Below are positions 7,514-16,329 of a stretch of 16,992 nucleotides of DNA, piece after piece. Origin of the DNA: a virus (taxonomy: Duplodnaviria > Heunggongvirae > Uroviricota > Caudoviricetes); the IMG/VR virus record IMGVR_UViG_3300016472_000494, one strand, 5' to 3'. Positions within the stretch are counted from its first letter, which is position 1. The number at the start of each line of letters is the position of its first letter. The notes below the pieces were generated by a model. It did not search any database and was not told where the DNA came from. It saw only the letters and a list, made by a program, of their open reading frames with translations. The translations under genes were made by a program, and so were the position numbers.

Positions 7514-8857
7514 ATGAACATCATTGAAGCAGTTTATCATAGCCTGAAGCGCAAAAAATCAGCTGATATTGAAGCTGAGCGCCTGGGTATACCTTTGAGC
7601 CAGTATCAAAGAATAAGAAGTGAGATCATCACAGCAATCAACAAAGTAGGCCAGCAGATGGATGATATCATCCTAAAGCTGGTACAAAACAATCTTTCTG
7701 GCGCCAAATCAGAGCTTTCTGCAGAAGAACAGCTTTTTGAAATGGAACAGCAGCTGGGCATTACAGGTGATATGCGCCATCATGCTGCCAAACCTACTTC
7801 TGTGGTAGAAGTACATGAGGACCTGGAAAGCGGTACCTCTAAGATCACCGGTATCTCTGCTACAGAGCCTCGCAGTGCAGAAGAGATTATCAAGATCCTT
7901 AAGATAGATACTACCAAGTGGAAGCTTTCGCAGTACTGGAACAAAGAAAAAGGTACTAAGTGGCTTGTATCAGCGCTGGTGACCAGGATCCCACAGGCAG
8001 AGCAGGTGCAGAACAACTTTTTAGAACTGCTTTCAGAATACAAACTTCCTCAGTTTGAGCCCATTGACCCCGCAGCTTTCTGGATTAACGCCACGTCTCC
8101 AGAAAGAGTTTGCGGGGTTCTTTCTTTACAGGACCTGCACTTTGGCAAAGTGGGGAATGAAGACATGGGTGAGATCTTGAAAAACTCTATTGAGTACCTG
8201 GTAGCCAAGGGTTACAAGAACTACATGATGGAAAAAGTGATCATGATCATTGGTCCTGATACGCTCAACATGGACACGTTCTCTGGAACCACTACCAAAG
8301 GCACACCGGTGGAGAACTCAGAAATGGCCACAGAAGCGTACTTGAAAGCCTTTGAAGCGCTATCATGGACGATTGCTCACGTCAGACAGTTTTGTGAGAA
8401 CCTTGAAGTGGTGTTTATTTCAGGAAACCACGACAGATTGTCTTCTTTTCACCTGTTGCACGCGCTGTCACAGACATTCAAAGAATGGCCCAACACAGTG
8501 TTCAATATTGACTACGCAGAACGAAAAGTGATCACCTATGGGGACAACATGCTTTGTTTTGAACACGGGGACGTCACCGCTAAGAATAACCCTTTGGTCT
8601 ATGCTGTAGAGTACCCCCAGCAATGGGGTGCTTCCAAGCACCGCATGCTCTATACAGGACACTATCATGGACGCAAAACCAAAGAGGTTATTACAGAAAA
8701 CGAAGAACATGGCTTTATTTCCAGGATCATACCTGCATTGACCAACTCAGACTATTATCATTATCACAACAAGTTTGTAGGCAACAAGCGTTCAGCAATG
8801 TTGCATTTGCATGAAGCTGATAAAGGTTTGATATCAGAGTTTGTATACACTGTGTAA
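7514..8857 (+). CDS. Calcineurin-like metallophosphoesterase with an N-terminal helical/HTH-like region
   Basis: 447 aa. Motifs DLHFG, (G)PD, GNHD, HGD and GHYH occur in canonical order. N-terminal EAERLGIPLSQYQRIR is HTH-like. Confidence 0.85.
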   Translation: MNIIEAVYHSLKRKKSADIEAERLGIPLSQYQRIRSEIITAINKVGQQMDDIILKLVQNNLSGAKSELSAEEQLFEMEQQLGITGDMRHHAAKPTSVVEVHEDLESGTSKITGISATEPRSAEEIIKILKIDTTKWKLSQYWNKEKGTKWLVSALVTRIPQAEQVQNNFLELLSEYKLPQFEPIDPAAFWINATSPERVCGVLSLQDLHFGKVGNEDMGEILKNSIEYLVAKGYKNYMMEKVIMIIGPDTLNMDTFSGTTTKGTPVENSEMATEAYLKAFEALSWTIAHVRQFCENLEVVFISGNHDRLSSFHLLHALSQTFKEWPNTVFNIDYAERKVITYGDNMLCFEHGDVTAKNNPLVYAVEYPQQWGASKHRMLYTGHYHGRKTKEVITENEEHGFISRIIPALTNSDYYHYHNKFVGNKRSAMLHLHEADKGLISEFVYTV

Positions 8858-8890
8858 TTTGTAGACCAAACATGCACAAAATGTCCATTT

Positions 8891-8913
8891 TTTTACGTAA
8901 ATTCTTATTGTAA
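8891..8913 (+). promoter_or_regulatory. Candidate promoter motif TTTTACGTAAATTCTTATTGTAA
   Basis: Second copy of the GTAAATTCT(A/T)AT motif, 24 nt before the ATG at 8921. Confidence 0.4.
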
Positions 8914-8920
8914 GGCGACT

Positions 8921-9502
8921 ATGAAAGACGCAAAAAAGCTTGATCTCCACGCGCCTCGTTTCAGAAGAATTGCTGAAGGAACCCTTAATAGAGAGTTTAT
9001 CAGCATTATTAGAGAAAGTATACCTGCTGCTAAGAATCTGACAGCTGCTGAAATTAAAGAAATTATCAGCACTTTCAATGGGGTAATGTGGCAAATGGTA
9101 GTTGACAAGCGTGATGGGGTAGAAATTCCAGAGCAAATTGGGCATCTTTTTATAGGAACTTGTCCTCCTAAGAAGCACAAGAATGTGGATTATAAAACCA
9201 CACTTGAGTACATGAAGGTCATTCAGCACCGCAACTGGGAAAGTGACCAACATCTTGCCAAGATATTCTTTACTACTTATGGGACTAAGTATCGCTTTAA
9301 GAACAATGAGCTATATGGCTTTGTGCCTACCAGAGACTTCAAACGTACTGTAGGAAAGACCTATCCTGAAAGATGGAAACAGTATGTGCAGGTAGACCCT
9401 AACATGAAAATGGCAGGGCTTTATCGTTCATTACAATATCACATGGATAGACAAGAATCAGCAAAAGAACAGGTTGATACATACAATGAGTTTGAACTTT
9501 AA
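8921..9502 (+). CDS. HU/IHF-like DNA-binding protein (crAss-type)
   Basis: 193 aa, basic. AAEIKEIISTFNGVMWQMVVDKRDGVEIPEQIGHLFI follows the HU helix2-strand pattern, then F.PTRDFKR. IHF-like genes lie among the ring genes in crAss-like phages. Confidence 0.65.
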   Translation: MKDAKKLDLHAPRFRRIAEGTLNREFISIIRESIPAAKNLTAAEIKEIISTFNGVMWQMVVDKRDGVEIPEQIGHLFIGTCPPKKHKNVDYKTTLEYMKVIQHRNWESDQHLAKIFFTTYGTKYRFKNNELYGFVPTRDFKRTVGKTYPERWKQYVQVDPNMKMAGLYRSLQYHMDRQESAKEQVDTYNEFEL

Positions 9503-9507
9503 GAAAA

Positions 9508-10179
9508 ATGATTACTATATCAGAAGCTGTATCTAGAGTACGTAACATCATAAAATCTGTAAAGCAAGATGCTTTTGTGACTGACAGGTTTTTGTATTCG
9601 CTGATCATGAAGCATGCAAAACTTTTAATGCGTCGTCAGGATAATCTGAACCGCATTATGAAGTTTAACTCTGTTTTTCAAGTGCTTGACTTTGTTGAAC
9701 TTATAGAAGTTGACCGGGCTCAAGCTGATTGTCACTGCATTACTTCAGACTGTTACATAAAACGCACCAAAGAAAAGCTTCCAGCAATGATAGAAGGTTA
9801 TTATGGACCTCTAATTAGGTCTGTAACCTCTATTGATTTTTCTGAGGAACTCACTCCCACTTTTCCTACTACTTATGAGCAGATGAGTCGCCAAAAAACC
9901 TTTAAGTACAACAAAAAGAAATACTACTGGTTTCTTAACGGTTATCTCTACTTTCCAAATCTTGAGTGGGATGCAATACGTATAGAAGGTGTATTTGAAG
10001 GTGACATCAGCCAATATAATTGTACAACTTCTGACAATTGTGTTTCTGTTCAGAATAAGACTATCAATGTTCCTGAATTTTTGTTTTCAGAAATTGAACA
10101 ACTTGTCTTGAGAGATCTTGGAGTAATGCTTCAAATACCTCAGGATACTCAGCAAGATAACAGACACGTGGCACGATAA
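9508..10179 (+). CDS. Tail ring protein, crAss gp40-like
   Basis: 223 aa. QDAFVTDRFLYSLI, FQVLDFVELIEV, RTKEKLP, GYLYF, GVFE and the C-terminal LFSEIEQLVLRDL..P.D..D follow the recalled gp40 ring pattern. Confidence 0.75.
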   Translation: MITISEAVSRVRNIIKSVKQDAFVTDRFLYSLIMKHAKLLMRRQDNLNRIMKFNSVFQVLDFVELIEVDRAQADCHCITSDCYIKRTKEKLPAMIEGYYGPLIRSVTSIDFSEELTPTFPTTYEQMSRQKTFKYNKKKYYWFLNGYLYFPNLEWDAIRIEGVFEGDISQYNCTTSDNCVSVQNKTINVPEFLFSEIEQLVLRDLGVMLQIPQDTQQDNRHVAR

Positions 10180-10191
10180 ACAAGTTAAGCA

Positions 10192-11286
10192 ATGATGACT
10201 GAAGTACAATACAGAAACTTTGACGATGTTCTTGACAGTGTCAGGATTGATCTAAGAAGCTTTGATCTTGAGGGTATGATTGATGCTCAACAGCTCATCA
10301 AGGTTGCCATAAGAGTGAATTACGAACTTGGCCTTAGGGTTAATCCTTCGCGTTCAAAAGCTATAGAGATACACAAAGGCAAGGGCAAATTGCCTAACGA
10401 CTTTTACGTACTCAACTTTGCGCTGCTTTGCGAAGGACATAACGTGCATGACATAGAGCATCCTGACAAAACAAAAACTTATACAGAAGGGTTGCTGGAA
10501 GGTGCTGCTATGGGTCAACAGTCTGCGTTTTATGCACTTGGAAACGTAGTACAGCAACAGACAGTTATTCAAACCCTTGCGCCCGGTGTTAACAATATTA
10601 GTCATGGTCTAAACTCTCAGAACCTTATAGTGCAAGTTATAGGGCCTGATGATACTATTCTTTCATTCAACATACTTACACCAACTACGTCGCTGCTTCA
10701 AATTATTTCTGATGCTCCTGTCAGTATTTCTAATGCTAAGATTATCATCATGGCATCAAGACCTGTTTTTACAGGAGTAAATTCAGCTGTCATTGAGCAA
10801 GATCATGATGGAAAGCACATTATGGCATATAACACGCCAGGAAGACGACATACTTACAATGTGCTTACACCTATGCGCATTGAAAAATCCAAAAGTGTAT
10901 CACCAGACTGCATCAATATTAACAGTAATGACTGGCATACAGCTGTTATAAAGAATGGTTTTTTGGTGACCAACTTTGATGAGGGTGTTGTGTACATAAA
11001 CTATCAGTCTTTAATGGAGGATGACGATGGAAACCTTATGGTGATGGATCATCCTTTAGTAAACGAGTTCTATGAATATGCAATCAAACAGCGCATTTAT
11101 GAGAACCTGTACATGAGTGGTGAAAATGTGGCAAATTTCATGCAACTAGTAGAGCAAAGACTCAAGGCGGCCAGAAATAATGCACTATCCTTTGTTAATA
11201 CACCAGATTTCAGAGAACTTAAGCAGGTGTGGGAAATGAACCGCAAGGCTCAATACCACAAGTACTACAACATGTTTAAGAGATAA
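10192..11286 (+). CDS. Tail ring / tubular protein, crAss gp43-like (P22 gp4-like), with internal insertion
   Basis: 364 aa (start may be 10195). GKLPNDF..L, GFLVTNFDEGVVYINYQSLMEDDDGNLMVMDHP...EYAIKQRI and TPDFREL match the ring-1 pattern. Confidence 0.78.
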   Translation: MMTEVQYRNFDDVLDSVRIDLRSFDLEGMIDAQQLIKVAIRVNYELGLRVNPSRSKAIEIHKGKGKLPNDFYVLNFALLCEGHNVHDIEHPDKTKTYTEGLLEGAAMGQQSAFYALGNVVQQQTVIQTLAPGVNNISHGLNSQNLIVQVIGPDDTILSFNILTPTTSLLQIISDAPVSISNAKIIIMASRPVFTGVNSAVIEQDHDGKHIMAYNTPGRRHTYNVLTPMRIEKSKSVSPDCININSNDWHTAVIKNGFLVTNFDEGVVYINYQSLMEDDDGNLMVMDHPLVNEFYEYAIKQRIYENLYMSGENVANFMQLVEQRLKAARNNALSFVNTPDFRELKQVWEMNRKAQYHKYYNMFKR

Positions 11287-11290
11287 TGCA

Positions 11291-11665
11291 ATGGCCAGTA
11301 AGATATTTAAGCGCAAAATACCTGTTTCAATTTACAGCAGGTACGCAAATCTTTGTGTTGTAAAGAACATGGAAGATATGCAGGCTCAACTTGATAAGAA
11401 GTGCAACGGAATGATAAATGTGATGGACGCAGACGGCGTTGTTTTTGAGTTGTTTAGTTCTAAAGGGCATGAATATTACATAGTTCTGGTTGAAGAACAA
11501 CTTTCTCACAATCTCATTGCGCACGAGGTTTTTCACCTTGCTGTAAAGATGACTTCTGATATTGAAATAAAAGATGAAGAGTCTACAGCATGGCTTATAG
11601 GATATCTTACAGAAGAAGTATACAAGGTGTTGAAATCTAAAAACTACAACATCAAAGAACAATGA
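11291..11665 (+). CDS. Small zincin-like metallopeptidase-fold protein (HEXXH)
   Basis: 124 aa. IAHEVFHLA (H at 11522, H at 11534) with downstream DEESTAWLIGYL, which could supply a third Glu ligand. ATGA overlap with the muzzle gene. Confidence 0.65.
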   Translation: MASKIFKRKIPVSIYSRYANLCVVKNMEDMQAQLDKKCNGMINVMDADGVVFELFSSKGHEYYIVLVEEQLSHNLIAHEVFHLAVKMTSDIEIKDEESTAWLIGYLTEEVYKVLKSKNYNIKEQ

Positions 11666-14600
11666 GCGAGAACTTTAGCAAAAGCAGTGTAACTGAGACG
11701 AACAGTTTTCACAAAGGTATGGTCAAAGACTATACTGACATTTATATGTCAGAGGGGCTTTGGCTTAACGCTGTGAATGCTATCAACAACTCTCATTATG
11801 GAGAGTCAGGCTCTATTGGAAACGAACCTTCTAATGAGTTTTGTGCTACTGTTCCTTACAGCATTATAGGTTTTGCCAATATTTCTCAGACCCGCTGGGT
11901 GATATTTTCCACCAATGACAGTTCTTCAGAGATAGGAATTTTTGATGAAAGTGACTGCAGTTACTCGTTAGTTGTTAACGCAGCATGCCTTAATTTCAAA
12001 AAAACGCACATGATTAGTGCAGTAGTCAAAGGTAACTATGACTGTACTACTTCTGTATATTTTGCAGACAATCTGAATCCTGATCGTGTTCTGAATCTTG
12101 ATCGTGTGCCATATAAAGTAATAGGAGATGCAAATCCTGATCCTAATTGCTATGAACCACTTTATTCAGAAGAGCTGGACTGTGACGCGTTAAGGCTTCA
12201 TCCTTTGGTTACACAACCTTGTGTAAACGTCAACAAAGCTCAAGGCGCAGGTCAGCTAAACAACGGCAGTTATATAGCATGTGTAGCTTATTCTGAAAAT
12301 GGAGTGCGTCTTACAGACTATTCTATTCCAAGCAATCCTCAAGCTATTTGGGATCACTCAGGCATTGGTGGTTCTATTGATATTACTGTTACAAATCTTG
12401 ATCAGAATTTTGAGGAATATGAATTGGTAGTAATAGCTGTTGTCAACCAACAGACTATAGCCAAAAAGATTGGATATTACTCTATACGACAAAGCAAAGT
12501 TACGCTTGATCTGTTTTTACAAAGTCTGCCAACAGTTGACATTAGTCAGATACCACTTAAATCTGTGGTATATGAAAAGAGTGAAAAGATGTTTGAGGTA
12601 AATGACTATCTCATTAGAACAGGTGTTACTACACAACCATATTTTAACTATCAGCCTTTAGCAAATCAGATTAGAGCGTCATGGGTAGCCGCTGAGTATC
12701 CTGTTGACTATTACTGGGGCGGTGGAAACACAGTTGGTTACATGCGTGATGAAGTGTACTCATTTTTTATACGTTGGGTATACAGAACTGGTGCGCGTTC
12801 AGCGTCTTATCATATACCAGGACGTGCAGCTAATTCACTTGACACAACTACTGTTTCTGGTCCAGACTTGCTGACACCTTCTCAAAACAAGGTGTGGCAG
12901 GTGTATGATACTTCTACAAGGTACAACGCCGGTGGAACAACAGCTGATGGCGGTGTTATTATTGCTAAGGGTGACATGTCATACTGGGAGTCTACAGAAC
13001 GTTATCCTGATGATAAGGAACCTATTTGGGATACATTATGTGGCAAACCTATCAGGCACCACAAAATGCCTTCCAATGAAACAATTCATATTCATAATCA
13101 AGGAGGTACAAAAATTATTGTTCTTGGTGTTGAGTTTTACAATATTGCTCATCCTGTAGATGAAAATAATCAGCCAATAACAGACATTATTGGTTATGAG
13201 ATTCTGAGAGGTTCGCGTGAAGGCAACCGTACTATTGTTGCAAAAGGCTTGTTTAACAACATGCTGGAGTATAATCTTGCAGGTAACAACTCAAGAAAAG
13301 GTCTTATTCAGAACTATCCTTATAATGATCTGCGTCCAGATAACTTTCTGACAGATGATTATTCTATTTTAGATAGTGGCAGTGCTAACCCAGGCACAAT
13401 TGAGTCAGCATCAAAGCTCTCTAACTACAAAAGAGATATTTTTTCTTTTCACTCTCCTGAGACAAACTTTGTAAAACCTTACCTGGGTGGAAACTACGTA
13501 AAGCTTTACACAGAAGAGAGAGGCACTGTTACAGGTCGTTATGAATTTCCAGAAAAGCACCCCAAACATGTATTGCTTTCAGACGGAGCTTTTGCTATTG
13601 CAGCAGTTGTTGGAGCTGGTATAGCGTTACTAAATGCTCTTGGTAAAACAACTTATTCAGGTACAGTTGAAGCAGGAGTTGTTGTTGCAGGTGCTTCTAC
13701 AGGATCTTCAACAGAGTCTGGACCTGCCACTATTTTACCTGCGCTTATCGCAGGAGCAGTTCAAAATCCTGTAGGCGCTGGTGTTAATGCTGTTGGTGTT
13801 GGACTATTGGCAGCAAGCAGTCTTTACTATTTTGGTCAAGGAATAGACCAGGTTTTAGAAGTTTTGAGAAACCTGTCTAAAGATCGCCAGTACATGCTGC
13901 AGTATAATTCTCATGGATTTTACTCTAGTTTTTCTAATGTGAGTAATAGTTCTGTGCCAGGAGGATTACAAAAGTCTATTAGACGTCAAATTGTACCATC
14001 ATCTGCCAAGTATGTAGGATCAGGCTTGCACGATTTTGATGCAACATATAGGATTAACAATCTTAATCGCAACAAGTATGTAGCATTAAAACTTTCATCA
14101 ACTGTGTCAGACCCTGTGAGTGGACAAGATAATACAAAGCATAGAGTAAAAGATGGTGGTGTTACTCACAGTGAACCTTTGAAAAATGAAATCACTACAA
14201 CTACTGTTGCTTATTATGGTGCTGTAAAGGTAGATTTTCAAAACCAATATGGCCAATTAAGTTCAGTTGTACAGATTCCTACGGGATCATGTGTGTTTTT
14301 GACATCAAGTGAAACAGAGCAAAGATTTACATCAGGTCCAATTTTTGGTGGAGATGTGTACATAAATCGTTACACAGAAAAGAATCCTTACATGTTCTTT
14401 AACACCTGGATGTATGACATGCCAAACAGGACTGAGTATGATTATCGTAACTATGTAAATGGTCCTGTGCCGCGTTACTGGGTAAATTTTGAAAAATATG
14501 ACGCGCAAGACTTTACCATACGCGTTTTTCCAAATGGTATTTTTACATTACCTATAATTGACATTAACACACCAAGTGACTTTCATCGCTTAGATCGTCC

Positions 14601-16329
14601 AAGTTCTATAACAGGGGCTTTGACAGTAAAAAATAGTTATGCGTATTTGTTTCACAATGGTGTGAGAGATTTCTTTACAGAGAGTGAACTGAACATGGCA
14701 TATCGCGACTATGGTCAGGAATCTTATGAGAAATTCTATGATGTTTATGGAAATTCCTTTAATGATTTGAGCACAATGTTCAGATCTGATCTTATCACAA
14801 AACCAATCTTTTTTAAGTATGACTTATCTCTCAGCGCATCAAAACTTTTCAACAACTTTGCATCATGGGCTTCTATACTCCCCCGTGACTACGACCCTAG
14901 GCTATACACCACATGCTTTGAATATTACCCTGATAGAGGAATATACTCCCTCCAACAGCAGTCTGGACTTAGACGAGATAATTGGAGAAATTATCTTGCG
15001 CTTAACTACAAAGACTTCTCAGGAAAAATAAGTACAATTAAGAATCTTAATGCTACAGGCGCTATGATTCTTTTTGAGGATGCTGAACCTGTAATGTTTG
15101 TAGGTGTAGATCAGCTTCAGACAACAGGGGGTGTTAAACTGACCATTGGCGATGGAGGTCTGTTTCAAGGAAACATGCAAGCTCTTGTTAATGCTGATGA
15201 CACCATTGGATATGCAAGTAGCATATCATCTAGGGCAGCAGTTAACACACCTCATGGTTTATTTTTTGTTTCACAGCAGTCAGGCAAAATTATGCAGTAT
15301 GCTGGAGGAATGACGGAAATTTCACGCAATGGTATGAAGTTTTGGTTTAATGAAAATCTTCCCAGCAAGTTTTTAAAAGCATATCCTGACTATCCATACT
15401 ATGACAACCCTGTTGTTGGAATTGGTATACAAGCTGTATATGATCCACAATATGAACTTGTGTATTTTACAAAGCGTGACTATGTGCCGTTAAGAAACGA
15501 CCTGATGTTTGATGATCCTTCAGGTGTGCCTTACTTTGTGACTGTGTCTGGTTCTGGAAATAATCCTGTAATTACCAAAACTTTTTGTACTTTTGACAAT
15601 CCTGCAGTATTCAAGCCTTGTCACTGGACAGTGAGTTATGATCCTAAAAATAAGCAGTGGATAAGTTTTCATGATTGGAAACCAACTCTGTTAATACCTT
15701 CCTTTAGACATTTTCTTTCAATTAAAGACAATGCTATTTGGAGACATAACAACCGCTGGGACAGTTATTGCAATTACTATGGCACAAACTACGCATGGGA
15801 AATTGAGTATCCTGTGGTTACGCCAAACGCTGTAACCACGCTTAGAAGTGTAGAATACACCTTGGATGTTTACAAGTTTTACAATGACGGGAAAGATTTT
15901 CATCATGTTATTGATGAGAATTTTGACAGGGCTGTGCTTTACAATTCTGAACAGATTTCAGGGCTTCTTAAATTAAGAATTAAAGGCAAGAATGCTCCAT
16001 TAGACTTGGTCAACTACCCACAAATTTCTACCAGTGGTATAGAGATTCTGTTTTCAAAAGAAGAAAACAAGTACAGGTTTAATCAGTTTTGGGATGTTAC
16101 AAAAGATCGCGGTGAATTTACAACTGCGCGTGAACCAATGTGGAATACAGAATGTGCTGGTGTTCAGAAGATTATTAACCCTGACTACATTGATTACTTT
16201 AAGTCACCACTGGAGCGCAAGAAGTTTCGTCACTACGGCAACAACATTATCCTGCGCAAAAACGTCAGTGGTGACAAAAAGATGATCTTAAAACTCACAA
16301 ATAGCAAGCATCTCAACAGCTCCAGGTAA
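11662..16329 (+). CDS. Muzzle / tail stabilisation protein (crAss gp44-like, P22 gp10-like)
   Basis: 1555 aa following ring 1. Motifs FHKGMVKD, YMRDEVYSFFIRW, GYEILRG, FHSPE, FGGDVYINRYT, propeller-like C-terminal repeats and W.SFHDW.P are typical of crAss-like muzzle proteins. Confidence 0.85.
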   Translation: MSENFSKSSVTETNSFHKGMVKDYTDIYMSEGLWLNAVNAINNSHYGESGSIGNEPSNEFCATVPYSIIGFANISQTRWVIFSTNDSSSEIGIFDESDCSYSLVVNAACLNFKKTHMISAVVKGNYDCTTSVYFADNLNPDRVLNLDRVPYKVIGDANPDPNCYEPLYSEELDCDALRLHPLVTQPCVNVNKAQGAGQLNNGSYIACVAYSENGVRLTDYSIPSNPQAIWDHSGIGGSIDITVTNLDQNFEEYELVVIAVVNQQTIAKKIGYYSIRQSKVTLDLFLQSLPTVDISQIPLKSVVYEKSEKMFEVNDYLIRTGVTTQPYFNYQPLANQIRASWVAAEYPVDYYWGGGNTVGYMRDEVYSFFIRWVYRTGARSASYHIPGRAANSLDTTTVSGPDLLTPSQNKVWQVYDTSTRYNAGGTTADGGVIIAKGDMSYWESTERYPDDKEPIWDTLCGKPIRHHKMPSNETIHIHNQGGTKIIVLGVEFYNIAHPVDENNQPITDIIGYEILRGSREGNRTIVAKGLFNNMLEYNLAGNNSRKGLIQNYPYNDLRPDNFLTDDYSILDSGSANPGTIESASKLSNYKRDIFSFHSPETNFVKPYLGGNYVKLYTEERGTVTGRYEFPEKHPKHVLLSDGAFAIAAVVGAGIALLNALGKTTYSGTVEAGVVVAGASTGSSTESGPATILPALIAGAVQNPVGAGVNAVGVGLLAASSLYYFGQGIDQVLEVLRNLSKDRQYMLQYNSHGFYSSFSNVSNSSVPGGLQKSIRRQIVPSSAKYVGSGLHDFDATYRINNLNRNKYVALKLSSTVSDPVSGQDNTKHRVKDGGVTHSEPLKNEITTTTVAYYGAVKVDFQNQYGQLSSVVQIPTGSCVFLTSSETEQRFTSGPIFGGDVYINRYTEKNPYMFFNTWMYDMPNRTEYDYRNYVNGPVPRYWVNFEKYDAQDFTIRVFPNGIFTLPIIDINTPSDFHRLDRPSSITGALTVKNSYAYLFHNGVRDFFTESELNMAYRDYGQESYEKFYDVYGNSFNDLSTMFRSDLITKPIFFKYDLSLSASKLFNNFASWASILPRDYDPRLYTTCFEYYPDRGIYSLQQQSGLRRDNWRNYLALNYKDFSGKISTIKNLNATGAMILFEDAEPVMFVGVDQLQTTGGVKLTIGDGGLFQGNMQALVNADDTIGYASSISSRAAVNTPHGLFFVSQQSGKIMQYAGGMTEISRNGMKFWFNENLPSKFLKAYPDYPYYDNPVVGIGIQAVYDPQYELVYFTKRDYVPLRNDLMFDDPSGVPYFVTVSGSGNNPVITKTFCTFDNPAVFKPCHWTVSYDPKNKQWISFHDWKPTLLIPSFRHFLSIKDNAIWRHNNRWDSYCNYYGTNYAWEIEYPVVTPNAVTTLRSVEYTLDVYKFYNDGKDFHHVIDENFDRAVLYNSEQISGLLKLRIKGKNAPLDLVNYPQISTSGIEILFSKEENKYRFNQFWDVTKDRGEFTTAREPMWNTECAGVQKIINPDYIDYFKSPLERKKFRHYGNNIILRKNVSGDKKMILKLTNSKHLNSSR

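Noticed and set aside
6121-15031. Alternative-frame + strand ORFs 6121-6303, 8623-8814, 12905-13159, 14819-15031, 16094-16285
   Set aside because: Short, nested within longer well-supported genes, with no motif or initiation support.
11662-16329. Intron, intein or frameshift in the muzzle gene
   Set aside because: Single uninterrupted ORF; no intein (C...HN) or homing-endonuclease motifs seen.
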